In this document: positions 10,269 through 18,578 of the stretch, one piece after another | Position numbering within the stretch: position 1 is the first letter of the stretch | Layout of the letters: every line of letters starts with the position of its first letter | Source of the DNA: an uncultured Candidatus Saccharibacteria bacterium | GTDB lineage: Bacteria; Patescibacteriota; Minisyncoccia; Minisyncoccales; CG1-02-41-26 | Direction of reading: 5' to 3' | NCBI GenBank assembly: GCA_964450565.1 | Contig: CAYVCP010000001.1 | Span: 15,073-57,943, forward strand | Length of the DNA stretch: 42,871 nt | Position numbers and translations under genes: made by a program | The notes under the pieces: generated by a model | Databases searched by the model: none | What the model was told of the DNA's origin: nothing | The model's input: the letters and a program-made list of their open reading frames with translations, nothing else

Positions 10269-10888
10269 GGACATTCCAAGAAGAAAATTGGACCTCAGAA
10301 CATGGCGACCAGTATAATACGAGAAATCCAAAAACTATAGAAGAAACAGATCAGCTTTATCTAAAGAACTATGATTTGAAAAGAAGTTCTTTAAATGAAG
10401 AGTTTTTGGGAGATCTAAAAAGAGATATCAAAATTCTTGAAGTTGGTTGTAATATGGGGGCCCAGTTAGACGGTTTAAAGAAAATGGGTTTTACAAATTT
10501 ATTTGGCATTGATGTTAATAGGGAATCTTTGAAGGTAGCTAAAAACAATTTTGATGCTATGTTTGGGTCTGCTCTAGATTTACCTTTTAAGGATAATTAT
10601 TTTGATTTAGTTTTTACCTCTGGAGTTTTAATTCATATTTCACCTAAAGATTTGAAACAAGTAACAGAGGAAATTGTGCGATGTTCTAAAAAATATATCT
10701 GGGGTTTTGAATATTTTTCAGATACAGCAAAAGAAATACCTTATAGAGGAAAGGAAAATTTGCTTTGGAAAAATAATTTTTCTAAATTTTATCTAAATAA
10801 CCATAATCTTGATCTTATAAAAGAAAAAAGAATTCAATACTTAAACGATAAAAATGAAGATGTAATGTTTCTTTTAAAAAAGAAATGA
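10265..10888 (+). CDS. SAM-dependent methyltransferase (pseudaminic acid biosynthesis-associated methylase type)
   Basis: ILEVGCNMGAQL (motif I), FGIDVN, FDLVFTSGVLIHI. Embedded between pseC and the cytidylyltransferase. Confidence 0.6.
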   Translation: MRTFQEENWTSEHGDQYNTRNPKTIEETDQLYLKNYDLKRSSLNEEFLGDLKRDIKILEVGCNMGAQLDGLKKMGFTNLFGIDVNRESLKVAKNNFDAMFGSALDLPFKDNYFDLVFTSGVLIHISPKDLKQVTEEIVRCSKKYIWGFEYFSDTAKEIPYRGKENLLWKNNFSKFYLNNHNLDLIKEKRIQYLNDKNEDVMFLLKKK

Positions 10889-11607
10889 TCTCAAGCATCA
10901 TACAAGCTCGTATTACGTCAACTAGATTGCCTAATAAGGTTTTGATGGACATAGAAGGAAAGCCCATGGTTTTAAGGGTTGTAGAGAGATTAAGAATGTC
11001 TAAAATGATAGATCTGCTTATTTTAGCTATTCCGGATACAAAAGAAAATGATATTTTAGAAAGTTTTTGTAAAACAAATAAAATAAAATACTTTAGGTCA
11101 TCTGAAGAAGATGTTTTAAAAAGATATTATTTAACAGCAAAACACTATAATGTTGATACAATAGTACGCATAACCTCTGACTGTCCTTTTATAGATCCTG
11201 TTATTACAGATAAAATTATCAAAGAGCATATTAAAAGTAAGACAGACTATACTTCTAATGTTATTAAGAGAACTTTTCCGCGCGGTTTTGATACCGAAGT
11301 TTTTTCTTTTTTTGCTTTAGAAAAATCTTATAATAAAACAAAAGAAAAATATCAAAGAGAACATGTCACCCCTTATTTCTTTGAAAATCCAAATATTTTC
11401 AGTCTCCACAATGTCGTTTATAAGAAAGATTACTCTGATATAAGATTAACAGTAGATACCAAAGAAGATATGGAATTAGCCAGAAAGATTTATAACCACT
11501 TTAAAGATAAGATGTTTTTTTTAGAAGATATTATTTTATATTTGCGTCAAAAACCTGATTTTTCTATCATAAATAAAGGTATAAGACAAAAAGATTTAAA
11601 AGCGTGA
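10885..11607 (+). CDS. SpsF/FlmC-type cytidylyltransferase (likely the CMP-nonulosonate synthetase of this cluster)
   Basis: N-terminus IIQARITSTRLPNKVLMDIEGKPMV and ITSDCPFIDP match the COG1861/NeuA-like nucleotidyltransferase pattern. Confidence 0.65.
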   Translation: MISSIIQARITSTRLPNKVLMDIEGKPMVLRVVERLRMSKMIDLLILAIPDTKENDILESFCKTNKIKYFRSSEEDVLKRYYLTAKHYNVDTIVRITSDCPFIDPVITDKIIKEHIKSKTDYTSNVIKRTFPRGFDTEVFSFFALEKSYNKTKEKYQREHVTPYFFENPNIFSLHNVVYKKDYSDIRLTVDTKEDMELARKIYNHFKDKMFFLEDIILYLRQKPDFSIINKGIRQKDLKA

Positions 11608-12167
11608 GTTTTTTTAAAAATAAAGTTGTTTTTTGTCGGCATGGGAAAACAGATTGGAATAAAGAAAAAAGGACAATGGGAAATATTGATATACCATTAT
11701 CTAAAGAGGGTATTTTACAAGCCCAAGAAACAGCAGAAAATTTAAGTAACTGTAGTTTTGATCTTATAATTGCTTCACCCAAAAAAAGATGTATCCAAAC
11801 AGCAGGTATTATAGCAAAGAGATTAAATATTCAAGAAATCATAACACAAGATAATTTTACAGAAAGAAATTTAGGTGTTTTACAAGGGTTAACAAACTTA
11901 GAAGCAAAAAATAAATACCCTTTTCTTTTTAAAGAAGGAAAATTTGATTATAATAGTATTGTCCCTAAAGGAGAAAGTGTGAGAGATTTTATTGCAAGAA
12001 TAAAGGGGGGGATAGAAGAGGGAAGACCATTATTTGATTCAAAAAAAGTTCTTGTTATAACGCACCATGGTGTTTTAACAGCCGTTTTTTCTATTATAAA
12101 AAACATGGATTTTAATGAAGTTGCGCAAAAATATACTTTTTCATATGCAGAAATAATTGAAATTTAG
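11604..12167 (+). CDS. histidine phosphatase family protein (phosphoglycerate mutase-like)
   Basis: RHG catalytic motif (VVFCRHGKTDWN) and a downstream THHGV histidine. The GTG start at 11604 overlaps the upstream TGA. Confidence 0.7.
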   Translation: MSFFKNKVVFCRHGKTDWNKEKRTMGNIDIPLSKEGILQAQETAENLSNCSFDLIIASPKKRCIQTAGIIAKRLNIQEIITQDNFTERNLGVLQGLTNLEAKNKYPFLFKEGKFDYNSIVPKGESVRDFIARIKGGIEEGRPLFDSKKVLVITHHGVLTAVFSIIKNMDFNEVAQKYTFSYAEIIEI

Positions 12168-12211
12168 CTTTTTTCTTTACTAATTAATCAAAAAAGAGTA
12201 ATAATATATAC

Positions 12212-12649
12212 ATGATGTTATCTTTAAGAAAAGCAAATATTAAAGACGCAGAATTTCTTTTTGAATTAAGGAATAATCCTGATATCTTTAAATATTATAG
12301 AAATCCAGTAAAAGTAGTATGGAATGAACATATCAGCTGGTTAAAATCTGTTGTTTTAGGAGAAACAAATAAAGATCTTTATATTATAGAACTTGATGGA
12401 AAAAGAGCAGGGCAAATAAGGTTTGATACCGAGGGAGACAAAAAGGAATTGAGTATTTCTCTACAAAAAGATTTTCAAGGACAGGGATTAGGATCTAAAT
12501 CGTTAAAAAAAGCAATAGAGATGGAGAAATCAGTGATACTAATAGCTGAAATTCATAAAGAGAACATTGCTTCTATTAAACTATTTGAGAAATTTAATTT
12601 TAAACTTCAAAAAAATAAAGGTAATTTTAATATTTATGAAAGAATTTAA
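12212..12649 (+). CDS. pseH: GNAT N-acetyltransferase, PseH-like
   Basis: LRKANIKDAEFLFELRNNPDI... and the QGQGLGSK acetyl-CoA loop. The size (145 aa) and the position directly before pseI also fit. Confidence 0.6.
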   Translation: MMLSLRKANIKDAEFLFELRNNPDIFKYYRNPVKVVWNEHISWLKSVVLGETNKDLYIIELDGKRAGQIRFDTEGDKKELSISLQKDFQGQGLGSKSLKKAIEMEKSVILIAEIHKENIASIKLFEKFNFKLQKNKGNFNIYERI

Positions 12650-13688
12650 AATAGGCAATAAAAAAATAGGAGCAGATAATCCTGTCTTCATTACAGTAGA
12701 TATTTCAGCTAATCACTTAGGAGATAAAGAAAGAGCAAAAGAGCTTGTAAAAAAAGCTTGTGAATGTGGTGTTGATGCAGTAAAAATACAGACTTATACT
12801 CCCTCAACAATGACTTTGAATTCAGAAAAGGATCCTTTTCAGGTAAAGGTAAATGATGCTTGGAAAGATAGAACTCTTTATAATCTTTATGAAGAAGCTT
12901 TTACCCCTTGGGAATGGCACAAAGAATTAGAGGAAGTTTCTCTGTCTTTTAATATTCCATTATTCTCAACAGCCTATGATGATTCTTCTGTTGATTACTT
13001 GGAAAAAATGAATACTCCTTGTTATAAAATAGCTTCTTTTGAGGTTACAGATTTAGAACTTTTAAAAAAAGTAGCTATGACAAAAAAGCCAGTTATTATC
13101 TCAAGAGGTTTATCTAATTTGAAAGAATTAGAATTAGCCCTAAAAACTTTGAAAGAATCGGGCGTAGAAGACATCGTCTTACTTCATTGTATAAGTTCTT
13201 ATCCTAGTAAAATAGAAGAAGCAAACTTAAAAACAGTAGCAGATATTGAAAAAAGATTTAATGTTATACCTGGATTATCAGATCACTCTCTAACGACATG
13301 TTTGCCCGTAGCTGCAGTTGCCTTAGGGGCAAAGGTTATTGAAAAACACTTTACCTTGCAAAGGTCTGATGGGGGAGTAGATGCTAACTTTTCTTTAGAA
13401 CCCGAAGAATTAAAGAGAATGATAAAAGAAATTAGAGAAGTAGAAAAAGCATTAGGCAAGGTTTCTTATGAAGTTGGTCAATATGAAATAGAAAATAAAC
13501 AATTCAGAAGATCTCTTTGGGTTATTAAACCAATAAAAAAAGGAGAGATACTTACTAAAGAAAATATTGGAAGATTTAGACCAGAATCAGGGCTTCCTAT
13601 TAGGTGTTTGAAAGAAGTTCTAAATAAAAGAGCAAAAACAGATATTAGTTTTGCAACTCCTTTAAGTTGGGATTTAATAGAAAAATGA
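12636..13688 (+). CDS. pseI: pseudaminic acid synthase (NeuB family, PseI)
   Basis: MKEFKIGNKKIGADNPVFITVDISANHLG..., KIASFEVTDLELL, LHCISSYPS, GLSDHS, and a C-terminal SAF domain. I place the start at ATG 12636 rather than the 12567 ORF-track start, whose extension overlaps pseH. Confidence 0.8.
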   Translation: MKEFKIGNKKIGADNPVFITVDISANHLGDKERAKELVKKACECGVDAVKIQTYTPSTMTLNSEKDPFQVKVNDAWKDRTLYNLYEEAFTPWEWHKELEEVSLSFNIPLFSTAYDDSSVDYLEKMNTPCYKIASFEVTDLELLKKVAMTKKPVIISRGLSNLKELELALKTLKESGVEDIVLLHCISSYPSKIEEANLKTVADIEKRFNVIPGLSDHSLTTCLPVAAVALGAKVIEKHFTLQRSDGGVDANFSLEPEELKRMIKEIREVEKALGKVSYEVGQYEIENKQFRRSLWVIKPIKKGEILTKENIGRFRPESGLPIRCLKEVLNKRAKTDISFATPLSWDLIEK

Positions 13689-14353
13689 AAAAATATATAG
13701 TTTGTGGATACACGCCATGGTCAAAAAAGGTTTTTGATCAAAAAATATCTAAATATAATGGAAATTGGTTTTTGTTTTCTAAGAAAAGCGACCTAACATT
13801 ATCTAGAATTAAAAAGATAGATCCAGTTTTTATCTTTTTTCTTCACTGGTCTTGGATTGTTCCAAAAGAGATAGTTGATAACTATAATTGTGTTTGTTTT
13901 CATATGACAGATGTTCCTTATGGAAGAGGAGGAAGTCCTTTGCAAAATTTGATTGTTAGAGGACATAAGACAACAAAATTAACAGCTCTAAAAATGGATC
14001 AAGGGATGGATACTGGTCCTGTTTATTTAAAAAGGCAAATGCCTTTAGATGGTAAGGCTTCAGAAATTTATGAAAGAGCTTATCTTTTGTCATCTGAAAT
14101 GATAAAAAATGTTATTAAGGGCATTAAGCCAAAACCTCAAACAGGGAAAAGCACTGTTTTCAAGCGAAGGAAGCCAGAACAAAGTGAGATTACGGCAGAA
14201 AAAATAAGTGATGTTTATGATTACATTAGAATGTTAGATGCTGAAGGATACCCCTTGGCCTTTGTCAAAAAAGACGGTTTTTTATATGAGTTTTTTGATG
14301 CTACATTAGAGAAAAAAGAAGTTATAGCAAAGGTTAGGATAAAAAAAATATGA
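13685..14353 (+). CDS. formyltransferase-domain protein (Fmt N-terminal-like)
   Basis: HMTDVPYGRGGSPLQNLI matches the formyl_trans_N active-site block (H...P.GRG..P). ATGA overlap with the pseI stop; start taken at 13685. Confidence 0.65.
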   Translation: MKKYIVCGYTPWSKKVFDQKISKYNGNWFLFSKKSDLTLSRIKKIDPVFIFFLHWSWIVPKEIVDNYNCVCFHMTDVPYGRGGSPLQNLIVRGHKTTKLTALKMDQGMDTGPVYLKRQMPLDGKASEIYERAYLLSSEMIKNVIKGIKPKPQTGKSTVFKRRKPEQSEITAEKISDVYDYIRMLDAEGYPLAFVKKDGFLYEFFDATLEKKEVIAKVRIKKI

Positions 14354-15831
14354 AAGTTTTAATTGTTGTTTCTCATCCCGATGATGAGGTTTTGGGTTGT
14401 GGAGGAATAATTTTAAAGCATATTTCCAAGGGAGATCAAGTTTATATTTTAATTTTAAGCGATGGAGAAACTTCAAGGGATCAAGGGGTTGATTTGGTAA
14501 AAAGAGAAAGTAACGCAAGGAAAGTAGCGGACATGTTAGGGGTGACTCATCTTTATTTAGAGAAATTACCAGACAATCAATGCGATGCTATCCCATTATT
14601 GAATGTGGTCAAAATAGTAGAAGGAGTGGTCAAAAAAGTTCAACCATCAATTGTTTATACTCATAATTCTTACGATTTAAATATAGACCATCAAATTGCT
14701 TTCAGGGCTGTTTTAACAGCTTGTAGGCCCCAGCCCAATTTTTTCGTTAAAAGAATTTTAGCTTTTGAGGTTCTTTCTTCTACTGAATGGCAGACGAAAG
14801 AGAGAAGCACTTTGTTTTGTCCCACCGTATACGAAGACATTACAGATTTTATTGATAAAAAAATAGAAGTTTTAAAAATCTATCAGGACGAATTAAGAGA
14901 GTATCCTCATCCAAGAAGTATAGAGGGAGTAAGAGTTTTGGCAAAATATAGGGGTATTGAATCTGGTTATAGATTTGCCGAAGCGTTTCAATTAATAAGG
15001 GAGTTAAAAGATTATGCATCAATGAAAGTTGATGGCAAAAAAATAGCTACATCAATTATTGAAGATTTAAAAAGTAAGTTTAAAGAGAATAAAGCTGTTT
15101 TGGTTCTTATTGCCATTAATCCTGATAAAGCTATCCTTTCTTTTATTGAGCAAAAAAAGAAAACAGCCCAAAGGGTAGGGGTAGAATTGAGGATTAAAGA
15201 ATTAGATCAAAATATTACCCAACAAGAAGTTTTTTCTTTACTTAAAGAAATTGGGCAAGACAAGGAGGTTGATGGCATTATTGTTCAGCTTCCCTTACCA
15301 AATCATTTGAATGAACAGGATATTTTGGACGCTATCCCGAAAGAAAAAGACGTTGATGCTTTAGGAAAAAATGCAGAAAATCTTGCCTTGTCTGTAGAAA
15401 CTGTAAAATATATTTTTAATAAATACGAGATTGATATGGATCATAAGGTAATTGTTTTGAACGGATTTGGAAAATTAGTTGGCATGCCTCTATATCATTG
15501 GTTTTGTTCTTTGGGTTTAAAAGAGAACGTAATAGTTATTAAAGAGGATACTTGTAATAAAAAAGATTTAATTAAAAAAGCAGATATTTTAATCTCAGGA
15601 GTTGGTAAAGCCAATTTGATACCATCTTACTGGTTGAAAAAAGGAGTTATTATTATTGATTTTGGTTGTGAGGTCAAACAAGGAAGAATATTTGGAGATG
15701 TGGAAAAAACAGTAAAGGAAAAAGCGAGAATTTTTACTCCGACACCAGGAGGTACAGGGCCCATCTTAGTTGCTTTAATTTTTAGAAATTTATATTCTCT
15801 CAAAAAAGCCAATGATAAAATACGGTCTTAA
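14350..15831 (+). CDS. fusion protein: N-terminal PIG-L/LmbE-type sugar N-deacetylase plus C-terminal FolD-like methylene-THF dehydrogenase/cyclohydrolase domain
   Basis: N-terminal VVSHPDDEVLGCGG and DLNIDHQ (PIG-L motifs). From the in-frame ATG at 15022: MKVDGKKIA..., VDGIIVQLPLP, KDVDA, TPTPGGTGPILVA (FolD motifs). There is no stop codon between the domains. Confidence 0.7.
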   Translation: MKVLIVVSHPDDEVLGCGGIILKHISKGDQVYILILSDGETSRDQGVDLVKRESNARKVADMLGVTHLYLEKLPDNQCDAIPLLNVVKIVEGVVKKVQPSIVYTHNSYDLNIDHQIAFRAVLTACRPQPNFFVKRILAFEVLSSTEWQTKERSTLFCPTVYEDITDFIDKKIEVLKIYQDELREYPHPRSIEGVRVLAKYRGIESGYRFAEAFQLIRELKDYASMKVDGKKIATSIIEDLKSKFKENKAVLVLIAINPDKAILSFIEQKKKTAQRVGVELRIKELDQNITQQEVFSLLKEIGQDKEVDGIIVQLPLPNHLNEQDILDAIPKEKDVDALGKNAENLALSVETVKYIFNKYEIDMDHKVIVLNGFGKLVGMPLYHWFCSLGLKENVIVIKEDTCNKKDLIKKADILISGVGKANLIPSYWLKKGVIIIDFGCEVKQGRIFGDVEKTVKEKARIFTPTPGGTGPILVALIFRNLYSLKKANDKIRS

Positions 15832-16558
15832 ACTATGGAGCAAAAACAAAGAATGGTTTCCTAAAGCCATTTCTCTTTATAATGAAGGAATTATTGATTT
15901 TATAGAGCTTTTTATTGTACCCAATACTTTAAGAGAAGTAGAGATTTTAAAAGAAGTTCCTATCGTAATACATGCACCTCATTTTACGTTTGGTTTTAAC
16001 ATTTCTAATCTTACTGAAGATAGTTTATCTATTTTTAAAGAGCAAGTAATAAAAACAGCAGATTTTTTTAATTCAGAATATATTATTGTGCACGCTGGAG
16101 TAGGTAAAGAACAAGAAGTTTTCCAAGAGAACGTTGCGAAACTTCAAGATAAGAGGATTTTAATTGAAAATATGCCGAGAAGAGGTTTTGTTGCTTCTGA
16201 TGGGGATTTGTGTTTTGGGAGTACTGTAGATGATTTAGAATTTATTAAAAAAGAATGTGGCTTAGATATTTGTTTTGATTTCTCCCACGCTTGTTCATCT
16301 GCTTTTTCTCAAGGATTAGACTATAAAGAGTATATTTCTACCCTATTAGAAAAGTTAAATCCTTTCTATTTTCATATTTCAGGTAACGAGAAAGAAACAG
16401 AGCAAGATAAACATATGAATTTATATGAAAGTGCTATTGATATTAAATGGATGAAAGAGAAAATAAAAGATAAAGATATTTTTCTAGTTGTTGAAACTCC
16501 CAAAAAGGATGGTTTAAAAAATGATCAAAAGAATATAATGTATTTGAGAAACCTTTAG
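15812..16558 (+). CDS. xylose isomerase-like TIM-barrel (sugar phosphate isomerase/epimerase, AP_endonuc_2) protein
   Basis: Pattern IELF..., HAPHF..., IIVHAG..., LIENM..., FDFSHA... is typical of this TIM-barrel family. Confidence 0.45.
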   Translation: MIKYGLKLWSKNKEWFPKAISLYNEGIIDFIELFIVPNTLREVEILKEVPIVIHAPHFTFGFNISNLTEDSLSIFKEQVIKTADFFNSEYIIVHAGVGKEQEVFQENVAKLQDKRILIENMPRRGFVASDGDLCFGSTVDDLEFIKKECGLDICFDFSHACSSAFSQGLDYKEYISTLLEKLNPFYFHISGNEKETEQDKHMNLYESAIDIKWMKEKIKDKDIFLVVETPKKDGLKNDQKNIMYLRNL

Positions 16559-16564
16559 AGATAA

Positions 16565-17808
16565 TTACATTTTTTTAAAAAAGAATAATTGCAAGAAAAA
16601 AGTGATAACTTCAAGAATTAAAAATGCTAAGATAGCTCCCCATATTCCCAAAAAGGGAATTAACAAGAGAAGTAATATAATATATATAGGAGAAAGTATA
16701 AAAGCGCCTAAGTAGAGTTGTTTTGTTTTCATCTTTGCTGTCAAAGAAGTACCCAATAATGTTCTTGGGAAGGTTAAAAGAATAAGGATATATACTTGGG
16801 AGAAAGAAACAAACTCTTTATATGCTGGAAAAAGTATTTTATATAAAAAAGGAGCCAAAAGAATATAAGAAATTATAATTGGCACTGTGATAAAAAATAT
16901 TTGTCGCATTTTTTGAGGCACTGTTTCTTTTAATTCTTGTTCACTTTTTTCTGCGTATTTGGGCAATGCAAGACTACTTACTATTTTTAAAATTTCTTTT
17001 ATTTTTATGGGCAAGGATAGTGCAATAAAATAAATAGCTACATAATCTGCTCCTAAAAAGTGCCATATAATTATTTTATCCAAATGGGAATTTACTAAAC
17101 TGAAAGAGCCTATTAAGCTTAAGTGTTTTCCGTAAGAGATTGTTTTACTGTCTTCTTGTGTGTTAATGTCACATTTTTTCTTTGTAAGAATTAAAAATAA
17201 TAAGTGTAGAAAAGACCAGATAAAAAAATAACTAAAAATAATAAGATAAAGGTTCTTTGTTAAAATTACAACCAAACTAACCGTTAAGGCAGAAACGATA
17301 TAAACAAAACTTTTTATTTTATTCTGTATGTCAAACCTTTTTTTACCTTGCCAAAAAAAGTTATATAAAGAAAAAGAATTTAGCAAAGGAATAAAAGCTG
17401 AAATTAAGACAAAACTTAAAGCTAAAGTATTATTGCCTTGCAAGAAATAATATATAGCTATTATTATTGATCCCGCTATTCCTAATGATCCCCATTTCAA
17501 TTTTGTTTTTAATGCTTTTTGAAACGATCCTTCCTTTTTCCTTGAGACAGCTTGCAAAAAAGCAATATCCATACCAGACAAAGAAGGGATAGCAAGAATT
17601 CCAGCTACGCTTAATATGTATCTATATGCTCCCAAGAGTTCTTTGGTGGCAAAGTTAGCAAAACAAGAGTAAGTAAAAGTCCCGACACAGCAGTTGCTAT
17701 TTGTCCGCAAGCTAACCAAAAACCTCCTTTAGTTAGGTAAACCATGTCCGTTTTGGTATATTTTTCTGATTTTTTTAATCCCTTGTAAATTTTATTTTTT
17801 AAAGCCAT
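16565..17808 (-). pseudogene. wzx: Wzx-type polysaccharide flippase (MOP superfamily) interrupted by a 1-nt frameshift
   Basis: Two overlapping minus-strand ORFs (17611-17808 and 16565-17719) together give a normal Wzx: ...KGGFWLACGQIATAVSGLLLTLVL | ANFATKELLGAYRYILSV... The frames switch at the GTTTTG run (plus-strand AAAA at 17660-17663). The total span of 1244 nt is one base short of a multiple of three. Confidence 0.7.
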
Positions 17809-17831
17809 AATATAATATATTATCCTAATTT

Positions 17832-18578
17832 ATGCTAAATGAAAACCCTAAAGTTTCAGTTTTAATGGCTGTTTATAATTCAGCAAAATATCTGAAGCCG
17901 TCTATAGAAAGTATATTAAATCAAACATTTATTGATTTTGAATTTATTATCATTGACGATTGTTCTAGTGATAACTCTTTATCTCTTTTGGAAAGCTATC
18001 AAGACAAAAGAATTAAAATTATTAAAAATGTTAAAAATCAGGGTTTAACTAAAAATCTTAATAAAGGTTTAAAAATAGCAAGGGGGGATTATGTCGCTCG
18101 TATGGATGATGATGACATTTCTTCTTTAGATAGATTAGAAAAACAGTATAATTTTATGGAACGAAATAAAGAAGTTTTTTTATGTGGATCCTTAGGTTAT
18201 GTTATTGATGAAAATGGAAAAAGGATAGGAGAAAAAAATTTAGAAATAAAGAATATCAAAAAGAGACTTTTATTCAATAATCAATTTATCCATTCTTCTT
18301 TGTTTTTTAAAAGGGGAGTGTTTTATGACGAGTCTTTTGAAAGAGCTCAAGATTATGAATTTGTTTTAAGAATTGCTTCAAAATATAAAGTAGCCAATCT
18401 AGAAGAGAGATTAGTAGAATGGAGGAAAAGAAAAACCTCTCTATCCTTTTCTTCAAAAAAGCAAAAGAAATGTGCTATTAAAGCAAGATGGCTTGCTATA
18501 ACAAAATATGGTTATCCTAAAATAGAAGGATTTTTCCACATCTTGCTTCGTATTGGACAGTTAATTTTCTCTAATTAA
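17832..18578 (+). CDS. family 2 glycosyltransferase
   Basis: VSVLMAVYNSAKYL..., FEFIIIDDCSSDNS, ARMDDDD (DxD). This is a canonical GT2 N-terminal domain. Confidence 0.85.
   Translation: MLNENPKVSVLMAVYNSAKYLKPSIESILNQTFIDFEFIIIDDCSSDNSLSLLESYQDKRIKIIKNVKNQGLTKNLNKGLKIARGDYVARMDDDDISSLDRLEKQYNFMERNKEVFLCGSLGYVIDENGKRIGEKNLEIKNIKKRLLFNNQFIHSSLFFKRGVFYDESFERAQDYEFVLRIASKYKVANLEERLVEWRKRKTSLSFSSKKQKKCAIKARWLAITKYGYPKIEGFFHILLRIGQLIFSN

Noticed and set aside
12168-12211. Promoter in the 44-nt gap before pseH (TTTACT ... TAATAT-like boxes)
   Set aside because: AT-rich hexamers resembling -35/-10 occur by chance throughout this DNA. The match is weak and not distinguishable from background.
12567-12635. 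N-terminal extension of pseI given by the ORF track (MLLLNYLRNLILNFKKIKVILIF)
   Set aside because: The extension lies wholly inside pseH. The NeuB-family homology begins at MKEFKIGNKKIG (ATG 12636). The same logic applies to 13667-13684 for the formyltransferase and 31010-31048 for secD.
15022-15831. Annotating folD as a separate gene
   Set aside because: There is an in-frame ATG at 15022 but no stop codon upstream of it, back to 14350. Internal initiation cannot be excluded, but the sequence as given encodes a single fused ORF.
16565-17719. Treating the 384-aa minus ORF as an intact gene starting at its first Met (MVSLRTNSNCC...)
   Set aside because: Its first ~25 residues are out-of-frame read-through. 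The genuine Wzx N-terminus is encoded by the overlapping 17611-17808 ORF in another frame, so this is called a frameshifted gene instead.
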